A stretch of DNA of 64,000 nucleotides from Nymphaea colorata. Its lineage: Eukaryota. Shown here piece after piece: positions 25,671 to 37,539 of the stretch; positions within the stretch are counted from its first letter, which is position 1; every line of letters starts with the position of its first letter. The stretch lies in NCBI RefSeq assembly GCF_008831285.2, contig NC_045138.2, positions 15,872,001 to 15,936,000 of the forward strand. Reading direction: 5' to 3'. The notes below the pieces were generated by a model. The model was not told the origin of the DNA, searched no databases, and was given only the letters and a program-made list of their open reading frames with translations. The position numbers and the translations under genes are program-made.

Positions 25671-27730
25671 TCCACCACCAATGTCCTTTTTCTGACCGTC
25701 AATGAAGTTGATCTTCAATTATTTATCAAACATGATACTGAATGTCTGGTATACTTTTGTCAGGAAATTGAGAGGAATCTTGCCTCTAGACAGGGACATC
25801 CCTCAATCAAAATCTTTGACGCCTTTAGAGAGCACTGCAGATCGATCGGACACGATCGGTCTACAATCATCGGATAATTTTGTCCGTTCTTATCGGAAGA
25901 TAGAATCTCCTGATATTTTATCTCTTTCCTACATCGTGGGGGGCCGAGAGAAACATCGTGCAATAAATTAGGAGCAGCTGAAGAATCTTTTGGGGTCAAT
26001 GATGAACGCTAAAAGATGGTCTTTGCTTTAGTCTCTTTTTCAGCTGACGGAGGGTCGGGCTCGGACAAAAAGTTGTGAGACGGGAACATTTTAGACATCC
26101 AGTCATCAGACACTTTCTCTCCGGTGACACCTCTACTCTTTTACGTGCCATATTTGCGACTATTTTTAAATTTGATTGTTAACACCCCGGAAAGGTGTAA
26201 CTCAAATGAACATAGCTCACATGGGCAGGTTCTTATGTATACAAGTTGAAGCATGTGGAAGTCTCACCACTTGATACTGATATCGCTCTAAACCCTGGGA
26301 GGAGGAGAGAAATGAAAAGGGCTTTGATATTAATCTTCATGCTTAGTAGAGCATTAACTTAACGAACACTTAATTCGTGTTTTAACTAAACCATTTGAGA
26401 TGGTATTTTTGAGATGGGATATCCCCTTGCCACATCGAATCTATTCAAACATGCTTTTGAAAGGTGTTCGATTAACAAACACAAAGTTTATAAGAACGTA
26501 GAATGAGTGAAATTCCACATGCATGATCTTGAACACGAATACATGTAAAACTTTTTGTTAATTTATTGAGGTGTTTTAGAAAAAGAAAAAGAGTTGGTCC
26601 TAGGGGTCTGGGTTTTCTTGGAAAATTATTCACTTCCCACAATTAGTTTTTCATGCTATCAGATGCCCTACTACGGAGTGTTTCATTGCAAGAAAAATTT
26701 ACTCGAGATAAGTGTTGCCTAGATTTCTTATCCCTATCTTGAGGACGGAAAGGTTTCTTTATGTTTGAGAAACAATTGTCCCTTGTTTTAAAGTAGACAT
26801 GCTTTTAACATTTTACTCACCCAAAAGTTGGGTAAAATTATATCCAAGTATAAACTTCTTTTATCCTTTTCTAACGTGTCCTAAAAGATTTTCATTCTCA
26901 TTTCTTTTTAAAGGCTAAATATTTTTCCTTTGTTGCAAACGCTATAAACACTTAAAATTAAGTCGCCGGAAGTTATTCTGACTACCAAGAAAACGGTTCT
27001 TCACTCACGCGAGAAAAAATCTCAGGAAAACTTTTACTTTTTTATGCTGAACTCAGTAAAAATAGTTTCTGATGCTTCTATTGATATGCCTATCCCTTTG
27101 AGTTATTTATGTATTTATTTATTTTTTCTTGCATCATTCCATCGACGTGCATTTCTTACTGCAATGTGGCATCTGAGGAGAGAATTGAGTCCGGATTTTT
27201 TTTTCCCTAGTAAAAGTTCACCAGTGTATGGCACCCGCCAGTGACGGCAGGCGGACAATTTCTCCGTGACTTACGGAGAAAAAATATAAAAGTGGACCAG
27301 ATGAAGCCTTATAGTTTGTTATGACTATATACCTTTCATGCGGTCTAATTTCTCCTTTGCTTTTTTATTTTTTATTTATTTATGTATATTTTTGAAGGAG
27401 ATAGTTTTTTTAAATAAATAAATAAATAGGTTATTTTTTGGATAAATGTGAAACGAATGTGATCAAAAGGTCAAAAATCACCTACATATGTATAGATCTA
27501 CTAATAGATATGGATGCAATAACTGGATGGTTGGGTGGCACCATCATGCAAGCAAAAGAGATGACATTTCTCCAATTAAAAGCCAGCCAGCTTGCGTATC
27601 CAAAGAATCAAAGTATTAAATAGAAACGCTGAAAAAATAATAGTAAATGCCAACAAAAGCATTTAATTATTTTTTTTTGTACCACAAGCTATTCATCAAT
27701 GGAGCGACTTCACTACATGATTGAATACTT

Positions 27731-27866
27731 CAGGACTGTTTGACAATAATAACACTGTCTCATGAATTTGAAGCAGATTCATGTAATACTATATAACAAG
27801 TATTCTATGAATATACCTTACTTTTTGGGACAGATTATAAGACAATAATAATATGTTACTATTGCA
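27731..27866. mobile_element. Tourist-like MITE remnant; related sequence at ~42060..42158 and ~49803..49910
   Basis: GGACTGTTTGAC terminus; reverse complement aligns to 49803..49910 (GCAATAGTAA..TTATTGTC..CCCAAA..ATTCAT). Confidence 0.5.
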
Positions 27867-29480
27867 AAATTAACCGGTAAAAGGGCTTACATGCACTGGC
27901 TGACCGACGGCCAATTGTCGGTTCAGGTAACATGAACTTTAGCCCATCAAGCAAACGGACACAATCCTAAACAACTAAAGTGTCACTCATCTACTATTTA
28001 CAGTTTAGAAAAATAATTAATACCCACGAAAATCAAACTGATCATTCGAGACATTTAACAGATTATATGATTATATGATGTGCTTGTGTGGCACAGTCGA
28101 ACCAACATTGGGTTCAATGCAATTGTGTGGAGAAATTGATCTCACCCAACAAAGATACATCTTTCAATTATCAGAGCGTGATTGGGACGTCGGAATTTTT
28201 TTTTGCCGGAAATTTCTGTTACTTGGAAAATTGCGAGCTCTCTTTGGACATTCCGTTGTCAACTTCTTGATTGATAAAACGATTCCAAATTGACAACCAC
28301 GTTGGGTTGTCTACTTGTCTTATGTGAACCGGAGTATCAAGTGCTTTTCTATCTCTACAACAGTACTTTACAGTTGATGGGCACCTGCACTTTACTCTAC
28401 TTCACCATTTTTTTGTGAAAAGAACCGTTTATACTCGATCGGACTCCTGAATTGTAGTGGATCCAATCCAGCAACTAGATTGATTAATCCATTTAGTTTA
28501 GAATGGCAAAATCATAATCGAATTGGATTACAATGGTTCAGTTCACTCCATGAAGCAAATCTAAACGAGGAATGACCTGTTATGGTTTAGAACTGATTAA
28601 ATTTCAGTCTGGATTGTTTGTGCAAGACTCGAAATGACCACATCAAATGAGATATCAGCAACTAAAATCCAATCTTGTGTTTTCACTGTTCACGTCTACA
28701 TCAGGTAATTACGTTCAACATCTTTTCATGTAGCTCAAGTTGCAGATTTTAACAAAGCAGATGAGGCACTCTGCTCTCAGCTTTTGGTTTTTATGGGGAA
28801 ATTTAGTTGTCGGATTAGATCTTTAAGAGGAGACAAGTTCGATGCTTTTGGTGAAATGTTTAGACGTCGACATCAATGGGATGTAATTGAACCTAAAACA
28901 TCAACAGAACTTGGGCAAGCTAGGTTTACTATGTTACTTCTGTGATCATTTAAAGGTCGCTATGCAAAAATTTATTGGATTACTCTTCATCAATATATCC
29001 TGTCACATGAATGGAATCTTAAAATAACTAGGATGTCCAAGTGGAAAATAAGTAGTAGTTCTCTCTCTCTCCCTCTCATAATTGAACTTTTCTTGGAACC
29101 TTTGGCTTGAACACGCAACAAGCGGTTGTCAAATCTATCTATGTCATGAGGAATCTCTCTCTCTCTCTCTCTCTCTCACTCTCTCTCTCTCTTCTTTAAT
29201 TTTAATTATAACTATCCATTCATTTTGCTAACAAGTTTTTCTGCTTATTTTTTGTCATCTCAACCCTCACTATCATATATTTTTCCTTTCTTTTTTCACT
29301 AAAAGTTTCGTCAAAATTCTGAATTGGTAGCGTCTTGGAAGGTGCATAAGAGGGTTACCTTAGTGAAGGCATCTTCATTCTCGGGCGAGCCACAATGCAG
29401 TTGCTTACACCAGTCTTTTAAATTTTTTTTATTTTTTAAGGCACCCCTACATTTAAGGTTCTGCTTGGGCATTTGGGTGG

Positions 29481-29614
29481 ACCTGTGGTATATCATCTAA
29501 ACTGCTGCACTAAAACCAGTTGCAGTACCTGTGGTATATCATCTAAACTGCTGCACTAAAACCAGTTGCAGTCCAAAATAGTAGTTACTCATGAGAATAG
29601 TAGTTACTCATGAG
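29481..29614. repeat. Two adjacent perfect tandem duplications (46 bp x2; 19 bp x2)
   Basis: ACCTGTGGTATATCATCTAAACTGCTGCACTAAAACCAGTTGCAGT x2 (29481..29572) and AATAGTAGTTACTCATGAG x2 (29577..29614). Confidence 0.95.
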
Positions 29615-30764
29615 AATCAAACTGATGACGGGCTCTCAATGGCCTTATGCCTCTCTCGGGACTCAATAACATAATTTAGACATGCTTGCTTGCAAATAAA
29701 TCTACCACCTATTGTCCTTGAAAATGAAGATATTTAACGGATTAAAAAAAAGTTCTATATCACATCAGCGTTCGATTACTAACTGAATGTGATTTTTCCT
29801 TTCTAATCAATTCCACCTACTTGAGTTCGGATTCCATCTAACTATTGACATCACTAAGTCCCAGTGAATGACCATAGCTGGCATTGATGCTTAATTAAGG
29901 TGTGAAAAACTTTATATATCTGATCCTGTAGTGAAGCCTAATACCTTGGTAACAGATAGATTCTTAGGTCAACCATCAAGATACCGATAATTTACATTAG
30001 TTTCACTTCGACTTAATTTGAATTGAATCTTGAGGTGTTTGGTAGAATCCATCTAACGTAACTCATTTTTTTCTTTTAACAATAACAGGGAATCCACGGT
30101 CCTGCATACCCAAAAAACCCAGAACAATGACGCACGATAAACATTGGCTTAAAGTCTGGGATATGAGGTGTAGCGGATGATAAATGTTGACATAAAGTCA
30201 AAGAATCTGAGATGGGACACGTCCTCAAAACCTGGTGCGACCTTTCTTATCACTGTTCTTCAAGAAAACATGTTTGATACAGCAAAAAACCTGTGGATCA
30301 TCTAAAGTAATTGCTATTTTCTACTTCACTTCACCATCCTGCCTGTCTCTTCCACATTATCATGAACTTTTTGTAGCGTGTAATCCATGGAGACTGAATC
30401 AACACCAGCAGCAAGTCATGATCAAACACCAATAATTTTTGGCAAAGAGACGTGAAGAAATTTGCTGTCTCCGATCATTGCATCACCATGATTGGGACTC
30501 TTTTTCCTCCAAAAATTTCGACTACCAAGATCTATTTCCAACTGTGCTCTTTCCACTGAAAACACAAGAAAGATCATTATCACAAAAGGCGGGGAGGAGG
30601 GGGGTGGGGGGTGGGAGGAGGGGGAGCAGAGGACAGATAACTTCTTCCTTGTGGTCTAACCTGCTCTAGTACTGGGTCTTTTTTCTGCCGTATATCTCCT
30701 ACATTGCCCCAAAGTAATCCACATTGAATACCACATCCCTCTCTCTCTATCTCTAGCTGCACAT

Positions 30765-30771
30765 TATATAA
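30765..30771 (+). promoter_or_regulatory. Putative TATA box of subtilase copy 1
   Basis: TATATAA begins 41 nt before the conserved ATG, after a CT-rich tract; same position in copy 3. Confidence 0.6.
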
Positions 30772-30805
30772 GAGCAGAAACTTGGACCTTATGAATACAT
30801 TGCCA

Positions 30806-33091
30806 ATGGCTGCTACTGCTGCATTGCTCAAAGCATGCATTCTTTTCACAGTATGCCAAATAACTTGGGCATCTTTGCTGCAAGAGCAAGATTCATACAT
30901 CATACACATGGATGTATCAAAGATGCCGACTGTGTTCAGTGGCCATGAGGATTGGTACCATTCTCTCTTGGCATCAGACAGCTTTAAAGCAGCAGCAGCC
31001 ACTGATGCCAGCATGGCCACCTTGAAACCAGTTTATGTCTACACCAATGCCGTCAATGGATTCAGTGCAATTCTCTCATCATCCCAACTTGAATTGCTCA
31101 AGAAGCAGCCGGCATTCGTCTCCGCATATCCGGACATGGAGGTGACAAGGGACACGACGCACACGTTTGAGTTCCTGAATCTCAGCCCTGTCTCTGGCAT
31201 ATGGCAGGCTTCAAAATTCGGTGAGGACGTGATAATTGGAATGATTGACACCGGAGTTTGGCCGGAGAGCAAAAGCTATGCAGATGAAGGCATGCCTGAG
31301 GTGCCAAAGAGATGGAAAGGCCAGTGCGACTCAGGCATTGGCTTCAGTTCTTCCATGTGTAATAAGAAGCTGATTGGTGCTCGCTACTTCAACAAGGGCC
31401 TCAAAGCCAAGGACCCTAACCTCACCATCTCTATGAATTCACCAAGAGATGTAGAGGGCCATGGCACACACACCTCATCCACTGCTGCAGGCAGCCATGT
31501 GGAAGGTGCCTCTTATTTCGGCTATGCTGCAGGCACAGCAAGAGGAATGGCCCCTCGAGCTCGGCTGGCCATCTACAAGGCCCTCTGGGAAGAAGGCAGC
31601 TATGCTTCTGATGTCATTGCTGCAATTGATCAAGCAATTTCTGATGGTGTGGATGTTGTCTCCATCTCTATGGGCTATGACCAAGTTCCCCTGCACCAGG
31701 ACCCAGTAGCCATAGCTGCCTTCTCAGCAATGGAGAAGGGTATCTTTGTGTCTTCTTCTGCTGGCAATGAAGGGCCAATGCTCAGCACCCTACACAATGG
31801 CACTCCCTGGGTACTGACCGTCGGAGCTAGCACCGTTGATCGGAAATTTGGTGCCGTCATCACCCTCGGCAACGGCATCACACTTTTCGGTGCGTCTATG
31901 TATCCAGGGCTGGATTCTTCACTAACAAGGGTGCCTCTGCTTTACAGTGAGGCTACCAAAGCCTGCAATTCTAGTGAAATGCTCAAGAATGTCGGCAACA
32001 AGGTCGTCCTGTGTGAATTCAATAAGTATACGACAGAGCAGATCTCGACACTGGAATATTCCAATGTAGCCGGCGGCATCTTCATAGTCAATAGTTCTTC
32101 TGATCTATCGGATGTAATCCACGTTTTCCCGGGCGCAATTTTGAGTCTTGAGGATTCAAAAGCCATTTTCAGCTACATAAGAAAAAGTAACAATCCAGTG
32201 GTAAGCATCAGATTCGGTGGCACTGCCACCGGCACGAAGCCGGCACCTTCCATAGCGGACTATACTTCAAGGGGACCATCGCCAAGCACTCCCATGGTGC
32301 TGAAACCAGACTTGGTGGCTCCAGGATCGCTTGTATTGGCATCATGGACTATGAATTCATCCGCGGTGACAGTCGGCCAGAAAAGCCTGTTTACAGATTT
32401 TAACATCATTTCTGGTACATCAATGGCCTGCCCACATGCCTCAGGTGTTGCAGCCCTTCTCAAGTCAGTGCACCCTGACTGGAGTCCTGCTGCAATCCGG
32501 TCGGCCATGGTCACGACTGCCAGCATTTTAGACAATACCAACGATCCAATTCAAGATGGAGGACAGCCGGCTTCGCCATTAGCCATGGGAGCTGGCCAAA
32601 TTGACCCCAACAACGCCATGGATCCTGGTTTGGTTTACGATGCCGGCCGCGACGATTATGTGAAACTGATCTGCAGCTTGAATTACACAAAACGGCAGAT
32701 TCAGACTATAACTCGGTCGCCGTCCGAGGTCGATGATTGTGCTGATATCGACCTGGACCTGAATTATCCATCTTTTATTGCTTTCTTCACTGGCAAACAA
32801 CATCCTAAGGTGAAAACATTCAAAAGGGTAGTGACCAATGTTGGTGATGGCGGTGCTACTTACAGAGCAGAGTTAAAACAGATGAAAGGTTTTCTGGTGA
32901 CTGTGAGCCCAGAAACTTTAGTGTTTCAGAAGAAGAATGACAAAGCATCTTTCGTGCTGACAATAGAAAGGACAAGCCCTACGGAGGAAGATGTTGTCAG
33001 TGGCTCACTGAGTTGGATAGAAAGCCAAGGAAATCACGTGGTTAGAAGTCCTGTCGTGGCTACGAAGATAGATGCTAAACCCTTGTCGTAA
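30806..33091 (+). CDS. Subtilisin-like protease, SBT1.9/phytaspase-like, tandem copy 1
   Basis: Intronless ORF. Start set at the ATG conserved in all three copies (an upstream in-frame ATG is at 30791; the ORF-track start is TTG). Intact IDTG / HGTH / SAGN / GTSMACPH motifs; prodomain junction VTRD|TTHT. Confidence 0.96.
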   Translation: MAATAALLKACILFTVCQITWASLLQEQDSYIIHMDVSKMPTVFSGHEDWYHSLLASDSFKAAAATDASMATLKPVYVYTNAVNGFSAILSSSQLELLKKQPAFVSAYPDMEVTRDTTHTFEFLNLSPVSGIWQASKFGEDVIIGMIDTGVWPESKSYADEGMPEVPKRWKGQCDSGIGFSSSMCNKKLIGARYFNKGLKAKDPNLTISMNSPRDVEGHGTHTSSTAAGSHVEGASYFGYAAGTARGMAPRARLAIYKALWEEGSYASDVIAAIDQAISDGVDVVSISMGYDQVPLHQDPVAIAAFSAMEKGIFVSSSAGNEGPMLSTLHNGTPWVLTVGASTVDRKFGAVITLGNGITLFGASMYPGLDSSLTRVPLLYSEATKACNSSEMLKNVGNKVVLCEFNKYTTEQISTLEYSNVAGGIFIVNSSSDLSDVIHVFPGAILSLEDSKAIFSYIRKSNNPVVSIRFGGTATGTKPAPSIADYTSRGPSPSTPMVLKPDLVAPGSLVLASWTMNSSAVTVGQKSLFTDFNIISGTSMACPHASGVAALLKSVHPDWSPAAIRSAMVTTASILDNTNDPIQDGGQPASPLAMGAGQIDPNNAMDPGLVYDAGRDDYVKLICSLNYTKRQIQTITRSPSEVDDCADIDLDLNYPSFIAFFTGKQHPKVKTFKRVVTNVGDGGATYRAELKQMKGFLVTVSPETLVFQKKNDKASFVLTIERTSPTEEDVVSGSLSWIESQGNHVVRSPVVATKIDAKPLS

Positions 33092-33097
33092 AATTAT

Positions 33098-33270
33098 TTG
33101 GTACATGAAATTCTTGTGATATGATTGAATAACTACAAATTTGATTAAGCAAAAATATGTAAAGCAAGGTGAAAAAAATTGTATTGGTACATGAAATTCT
33201 CGGGATATGATTGAAGAACTATAAATTTGATTAAGCAAAAAATATGTAAAGCAAGATGAAAAAAATTGTA
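33098..33270. repeat. ~86-bp tandem duplication just after the copy 1 stop codon
   Basis: TTGGTACATGAAATTCT...AAAAAATTGTA x2; single unit in copies 2 and 3. Confidence 0.92.
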
Positions 33271-36200
33271 CAGTTCAGTGGAGCACAGAGATGCAATAAT
33301 CTCTTGCGCTTTCTTCCCTAAACGTGGATTTTAGATGAAGCCCTACTTTTTCTTTTCTATTCTGCATACATTCACTTAGACTGTGCCCTCCAAAGGTCTC
33401 CTAGCTGTGTTTTTTCCTAAAGTAATTTGTGACGAACTGAGCATATAAATAAATGCGAAATGTTAGAAGAAGTACCAATAAAAAATTATATAAAAAATAA
33501 ATCATGATTCTAAAAAGTTAGACCATTAACTTTTTAACACTTGGGCCTATCTTACTGCTTGAGATCAATGAGGATAAAAAGAAGAAGACAGCTTTGACTC
33601 TCTCCCTCTCCCTCTCTCTCTATCTTTCTATATGCAAAAATGCATACAAATTTGAGTCATTCACTCAAGGTGTCCATGTGCCTCTCCATGAGTGCTCTGG
33701 ACCCATTCTAGTGGCGGCCTGATCTTTCTCAAATCTGCAAGTGGGTTAGACATAGACTTGGTTTTTGTCATTTTTGGCTTTATTGAATCTGATTTTGGCC
33801 CACTTCGAATGTATTTACCTATCCCAAATTGACCACCCAACTTCCCTTGTACAAATCATGACCAATGGTTGGGGTTAGCAAAAGGTTTTGGCAACACGTA
33901 TGATTTTATTTTGTACAACTGTATCCATGGCTAAAATGAAAAGAGTGCAAGCAGAAGTGCCACATTTGCGGAAATGAACATCTTAATTGTATGAGTTTCT
34001 TGAGAAATACCTTCGTAGATTGCCTATTAGTTCGCTTGATTTAAGACTTCAAAGTAATCGAAGGAGCCATCGTGGTCTTGATCAAACCCTCGTTCCTGAA
34101 ACTGAATGCTGGGCGTCGGGTGTGGCACAGAGAGGCGGAGGAGGCTCTGCATCCTCCGACGCCTCCTGTAGCCGGTGGGCTTGCGGAGCGGCATGCGCCT
34201 GACAGAGCGCCGGTGGCAGGAGGAGCAGCCGTTGAGGAAGGGAGACGCCTCCCCGTTTCCCGAGCGACAGAGAGTGGGAGGCAGGGAGGGATCAATCAAG
34301 CAACTAGATTGAATCAAATTAGTTTAGAATGAGCAATCATAATAGAATCGGATCAAGTTTATCGAACCGGATTACAATGGTTCAGTTCACTCCATGAAAC
34401 GCATCTAATCAAGGAGTACTAGAGCAGATGCATCTCAATGACCTGTTATGGTTTGGAAGTTTGGAACTGTTACATATGAGTCTGAATGATTCATGTTAAA
34501 TCATGCTAGACTCGAAATAACCACAAGATATCAGTAAAATCCACTTCTATTTTCACTGTTCAAGTTTACATCAAGTAATTACTTTCAATATCTTTTTATA
34601 TAGCTCAAGTTGCAGATTTTAACAAAACAGACGATGCTCGATGCTCTCTACTTTTGGTTTTTGTAAGGAAACTTTGTCATCGGATTGGATCTTTAGGAAG
34701 AGACAAGTTGGATGCTTTCGGTTAAATGTTTAAACGTCGACTCCAATGGAATCTTGAACACAAAATATCCGGAAAAGTTGAAGAGGCGTCGAATAGAACT
34801 TGGGCATGATAGGTTTACTATGTTTGTTCTGTCATCATTTAAAGGTTGCTATGCATAAATTTGTTGCTCTTCACCAACTACTGTGTCACATAAGGAATCT
34901 TAAAATAACTAGGATGTCCAAGTGGAAAATAACTATTTACTACTCTCTCAATCATAATTGAACTTTTCTTGGAACCTTTCGCTTGAACAAGCAACAAAAG
35001 GTTGTCCATCCACCTTATACCATGAGGAACCTCTCTCTCTCTCACGTGGCGATCTTGGCTCATTTGCTGTTGGTGGCGGGTTTGGGAAGAATGCAATAAT
35101 CGTATGTTCAGGAACACATCGCCGACTGTTGCTTCAATTGGATGCAGTGCTTTAATTGTGTCTTCTCTGTAAGCACAATCTAATTGAGCGGAAGCCGCCT
35201 AAAGAATGACAGGGCCTCCCCCCTTTCCCATCCCTAGGGTCCAGAACTGCTTCGAGATTTGGGTGGGCCCATGGTATATTAGTAAAATAAAGTGTTGCAC
35301 TGGTCTATGAGACTAATACCCACAAGAATCAAACTGATGACTGGGCTCGCCCTGAGCCCCTCGGGGCTCATTGAACACAATTTGGATCTATTCTTGCATG
35401 TACAACAGAAAGATAATTGGTTTAAGGCTATCTATAAAGCTTTTAATCTAACGGTGAGCCTGTTGATCAGAATTAGATTGGATATAGTTTTTATCATATC
35501 AACGGTTCTAATATTGGTTAATTTAACTTGAAGTTCGGTTCAAAGTTCAACCATGAACTACAAATAACATCAAGATCTTTCTACTAATATTCAAATTAAA
35601 ATGTTGTCCTTGAAAATGAAATTATTTAACGGATTCAATAAAAAAGTTCTATATCACATCAAAGTTCGATTACTGACTGAATGTGATTTTTTTTTTCTTT
35701 TTAATCAATTCCACCTACTTGAGTTGGGATTCGAATGAAACATCAGAATACATCTAACCATTAACATCCCTAAGTGTTATGAATAACCATAGCTGGCATT
35801 GGGCTTAATTAAGGTCTGGAAAACGGTGTATCTCGTAGATATTTTACACAAAAAGTTAAGTAGAAAGAAAAAATAAATTAAGCCACATATCACGTCAAAG
35901 TTATTTGAAGGGAGTTTTATAATCTTTAGATCGATTGTAGTCTTGAAAATTTTTCCTTCGACTTTCAATATTATGTGAGTCTCAGTGGTCTATGTTGAGT
36001 TCACGGCCAGTAGTGAAGCCTGGCCCTAATACCTCGGTAACAGATATTCTCTCAGATCAACCGTTAAGATACCAATGATTCTTAAGCTGCAAGGCGTGAT
36101 TATATGTAAGATCAAGTTTTTTTTTTGTTTGTTTGATTGCTAGGAACACTTATTCCAAGAAGAAGAGTGTTCTGTTCCTGGTGTTTCATGTTGAGTGGTG

Positions 36201-36488
36201 GCGATTCATGTGTTCTTGGTGTCCGCGGTTTGACATATCATCGGCACGAACTGTGGAGACACTCGCATAAGGAACGCTAGCATTCCGGCAATCAAGCGAC
36301 TTCTTTGACTCCAGTTTCTCAATCAAGATGTACGAGTGAAATATGAAATAAAACTTGTAACAAACACTCCTAAACCAAGCTTTCCTGTGATAACATCTCA
36401 AGATTTCCAAGGTTGGTATCATGATATCGAGATATTGGAGATATTTGTGACCATGTTTCTTATTATTTGCTAATTTTTGCCAAGATAG

Positions 36489-36880
36489 TGTTAACGCACA
36501 ATCTGATGACAGTCACACAAAGGATGGAGAAGATCACGATGGAGCTGGCAAATCAATTCAGCATAATAATAGCAAAAAGGAAACGACATTAGCTACACCT
36601 GAATTGATAAATCAATACAGGAAGGAAATCCAGGCAGACAACGGGGCAATAAGTCCTCATTCAGAATGAGAGGAACAGTTAGGGTTAATATAGATTTAAG
36701 GAAGGATCGTTCAAAACTCGAACAAACGTGTAAAAATCCCTCCAAAAATCTTGTAAAATGCTGGAATTAAGGAACCTCACACCATTGAGTTTTGAGTGTG
36801 AGAGATAGTGGATGTAGGATTTTATATCCGAACCACTTAAAATTATTGTTTTCTTGTCTTGCTTATTTCATTTCAGATAG
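36489..36880 (+). mobile_element. Probable solo/partial LTR of an LTR retrotransposon in the copy 2 upstream region
   Basis: Starts TGTTAAC where homology to the 25.2 kb paralog stops; contains GTGGATGTAGG..CCGAACCACTTAAA, a motif common in plant LTR 3' regions; absent from paralogous units. Right boundary uncertain. Confidence 0.55.
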
Positions 36881-37539
36881 AAGATGAAGTTGTTCAGTAA
36901 AATCCATCTTATTCAAAGCTTAGTGCGACCTTTTTCATCACTGTTCTTCAAGAAAACATGTTTGATACAGCAAAACACCTGTTGATCATCTAAAATGATT
37001 GCTTCTTTGTACTTCACTTCACCATCCTGCCTGTCTCTTCCACATTATCATGCACTTTTTGTAGCGTGTAATCAAAGGAGACGGGATCAACTCCAGCAGC
37101 ATGTCAAATCAAACACCATTAACAATTTACGGCAAAGACGTGAAGAAATTGGCGTCTCCGATCACTGCATCTGCCATGATTGGGGTCTTTTTTCTCCGAT
37201 CACTGCATGAGCCACGATTGGGACTCTTTTTTCATACTGGAATTTCGACCACCAAGATCCTTTTCCAAATATGGTCCTGAGCATCCGGGTGGGGCGTGGC
37301 ATTTCCATTGAAAACACAAGAAAGATCAGCATCACATGGGGAAGTGGGGAAGGGGGGCCAGAGGACAGGTAGCTTCTTCCTTGAGGTCTATCCTGCTCTA
37401 GTACTGGGTCATTTTTCTGCCGTATATATCCTACATGGCCCCAGAGGAATCGACATTGAATATCATATCTCCCTCCCTCTTCATCTCTAGCTGCACTTGA
37501 TATAAGTGCAGAAACTTGAATCCTATGAATACATTGGCA

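Larger units (their letters stand above)
28465..34290 (+). repeat. Tandem segmental duplication unit 1 (upstream region + subtilase copy 1 + downstream region)
   Basis: Begins at ..AGCAACTAGATTGA.. (~28470), which recurs at ~34299; collinear homology through promoter, CDS and 3' flank. Confidence 0.8.

Noticed and set aside
25690..26183. Possible reverse-oriented LTR remnant ending TGTTAACA
   Set aside because: Only a terminal motif; no partner LTR, PBS/PPT or TSD found.
29481..29614. CRISPR-like direct repeats
   Set aside because: Plain tandem duplications without spacers, in eukaryotic DNA with no cas genes.
30782..30805. TTG-initiated N-terminal extensions of the subtilases (ORF track, 769 aa)
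   Set aside because: Non-ATG starts from a prokaryote-style ORF caller; they lie too close to the TATA box to be in the mRNA.
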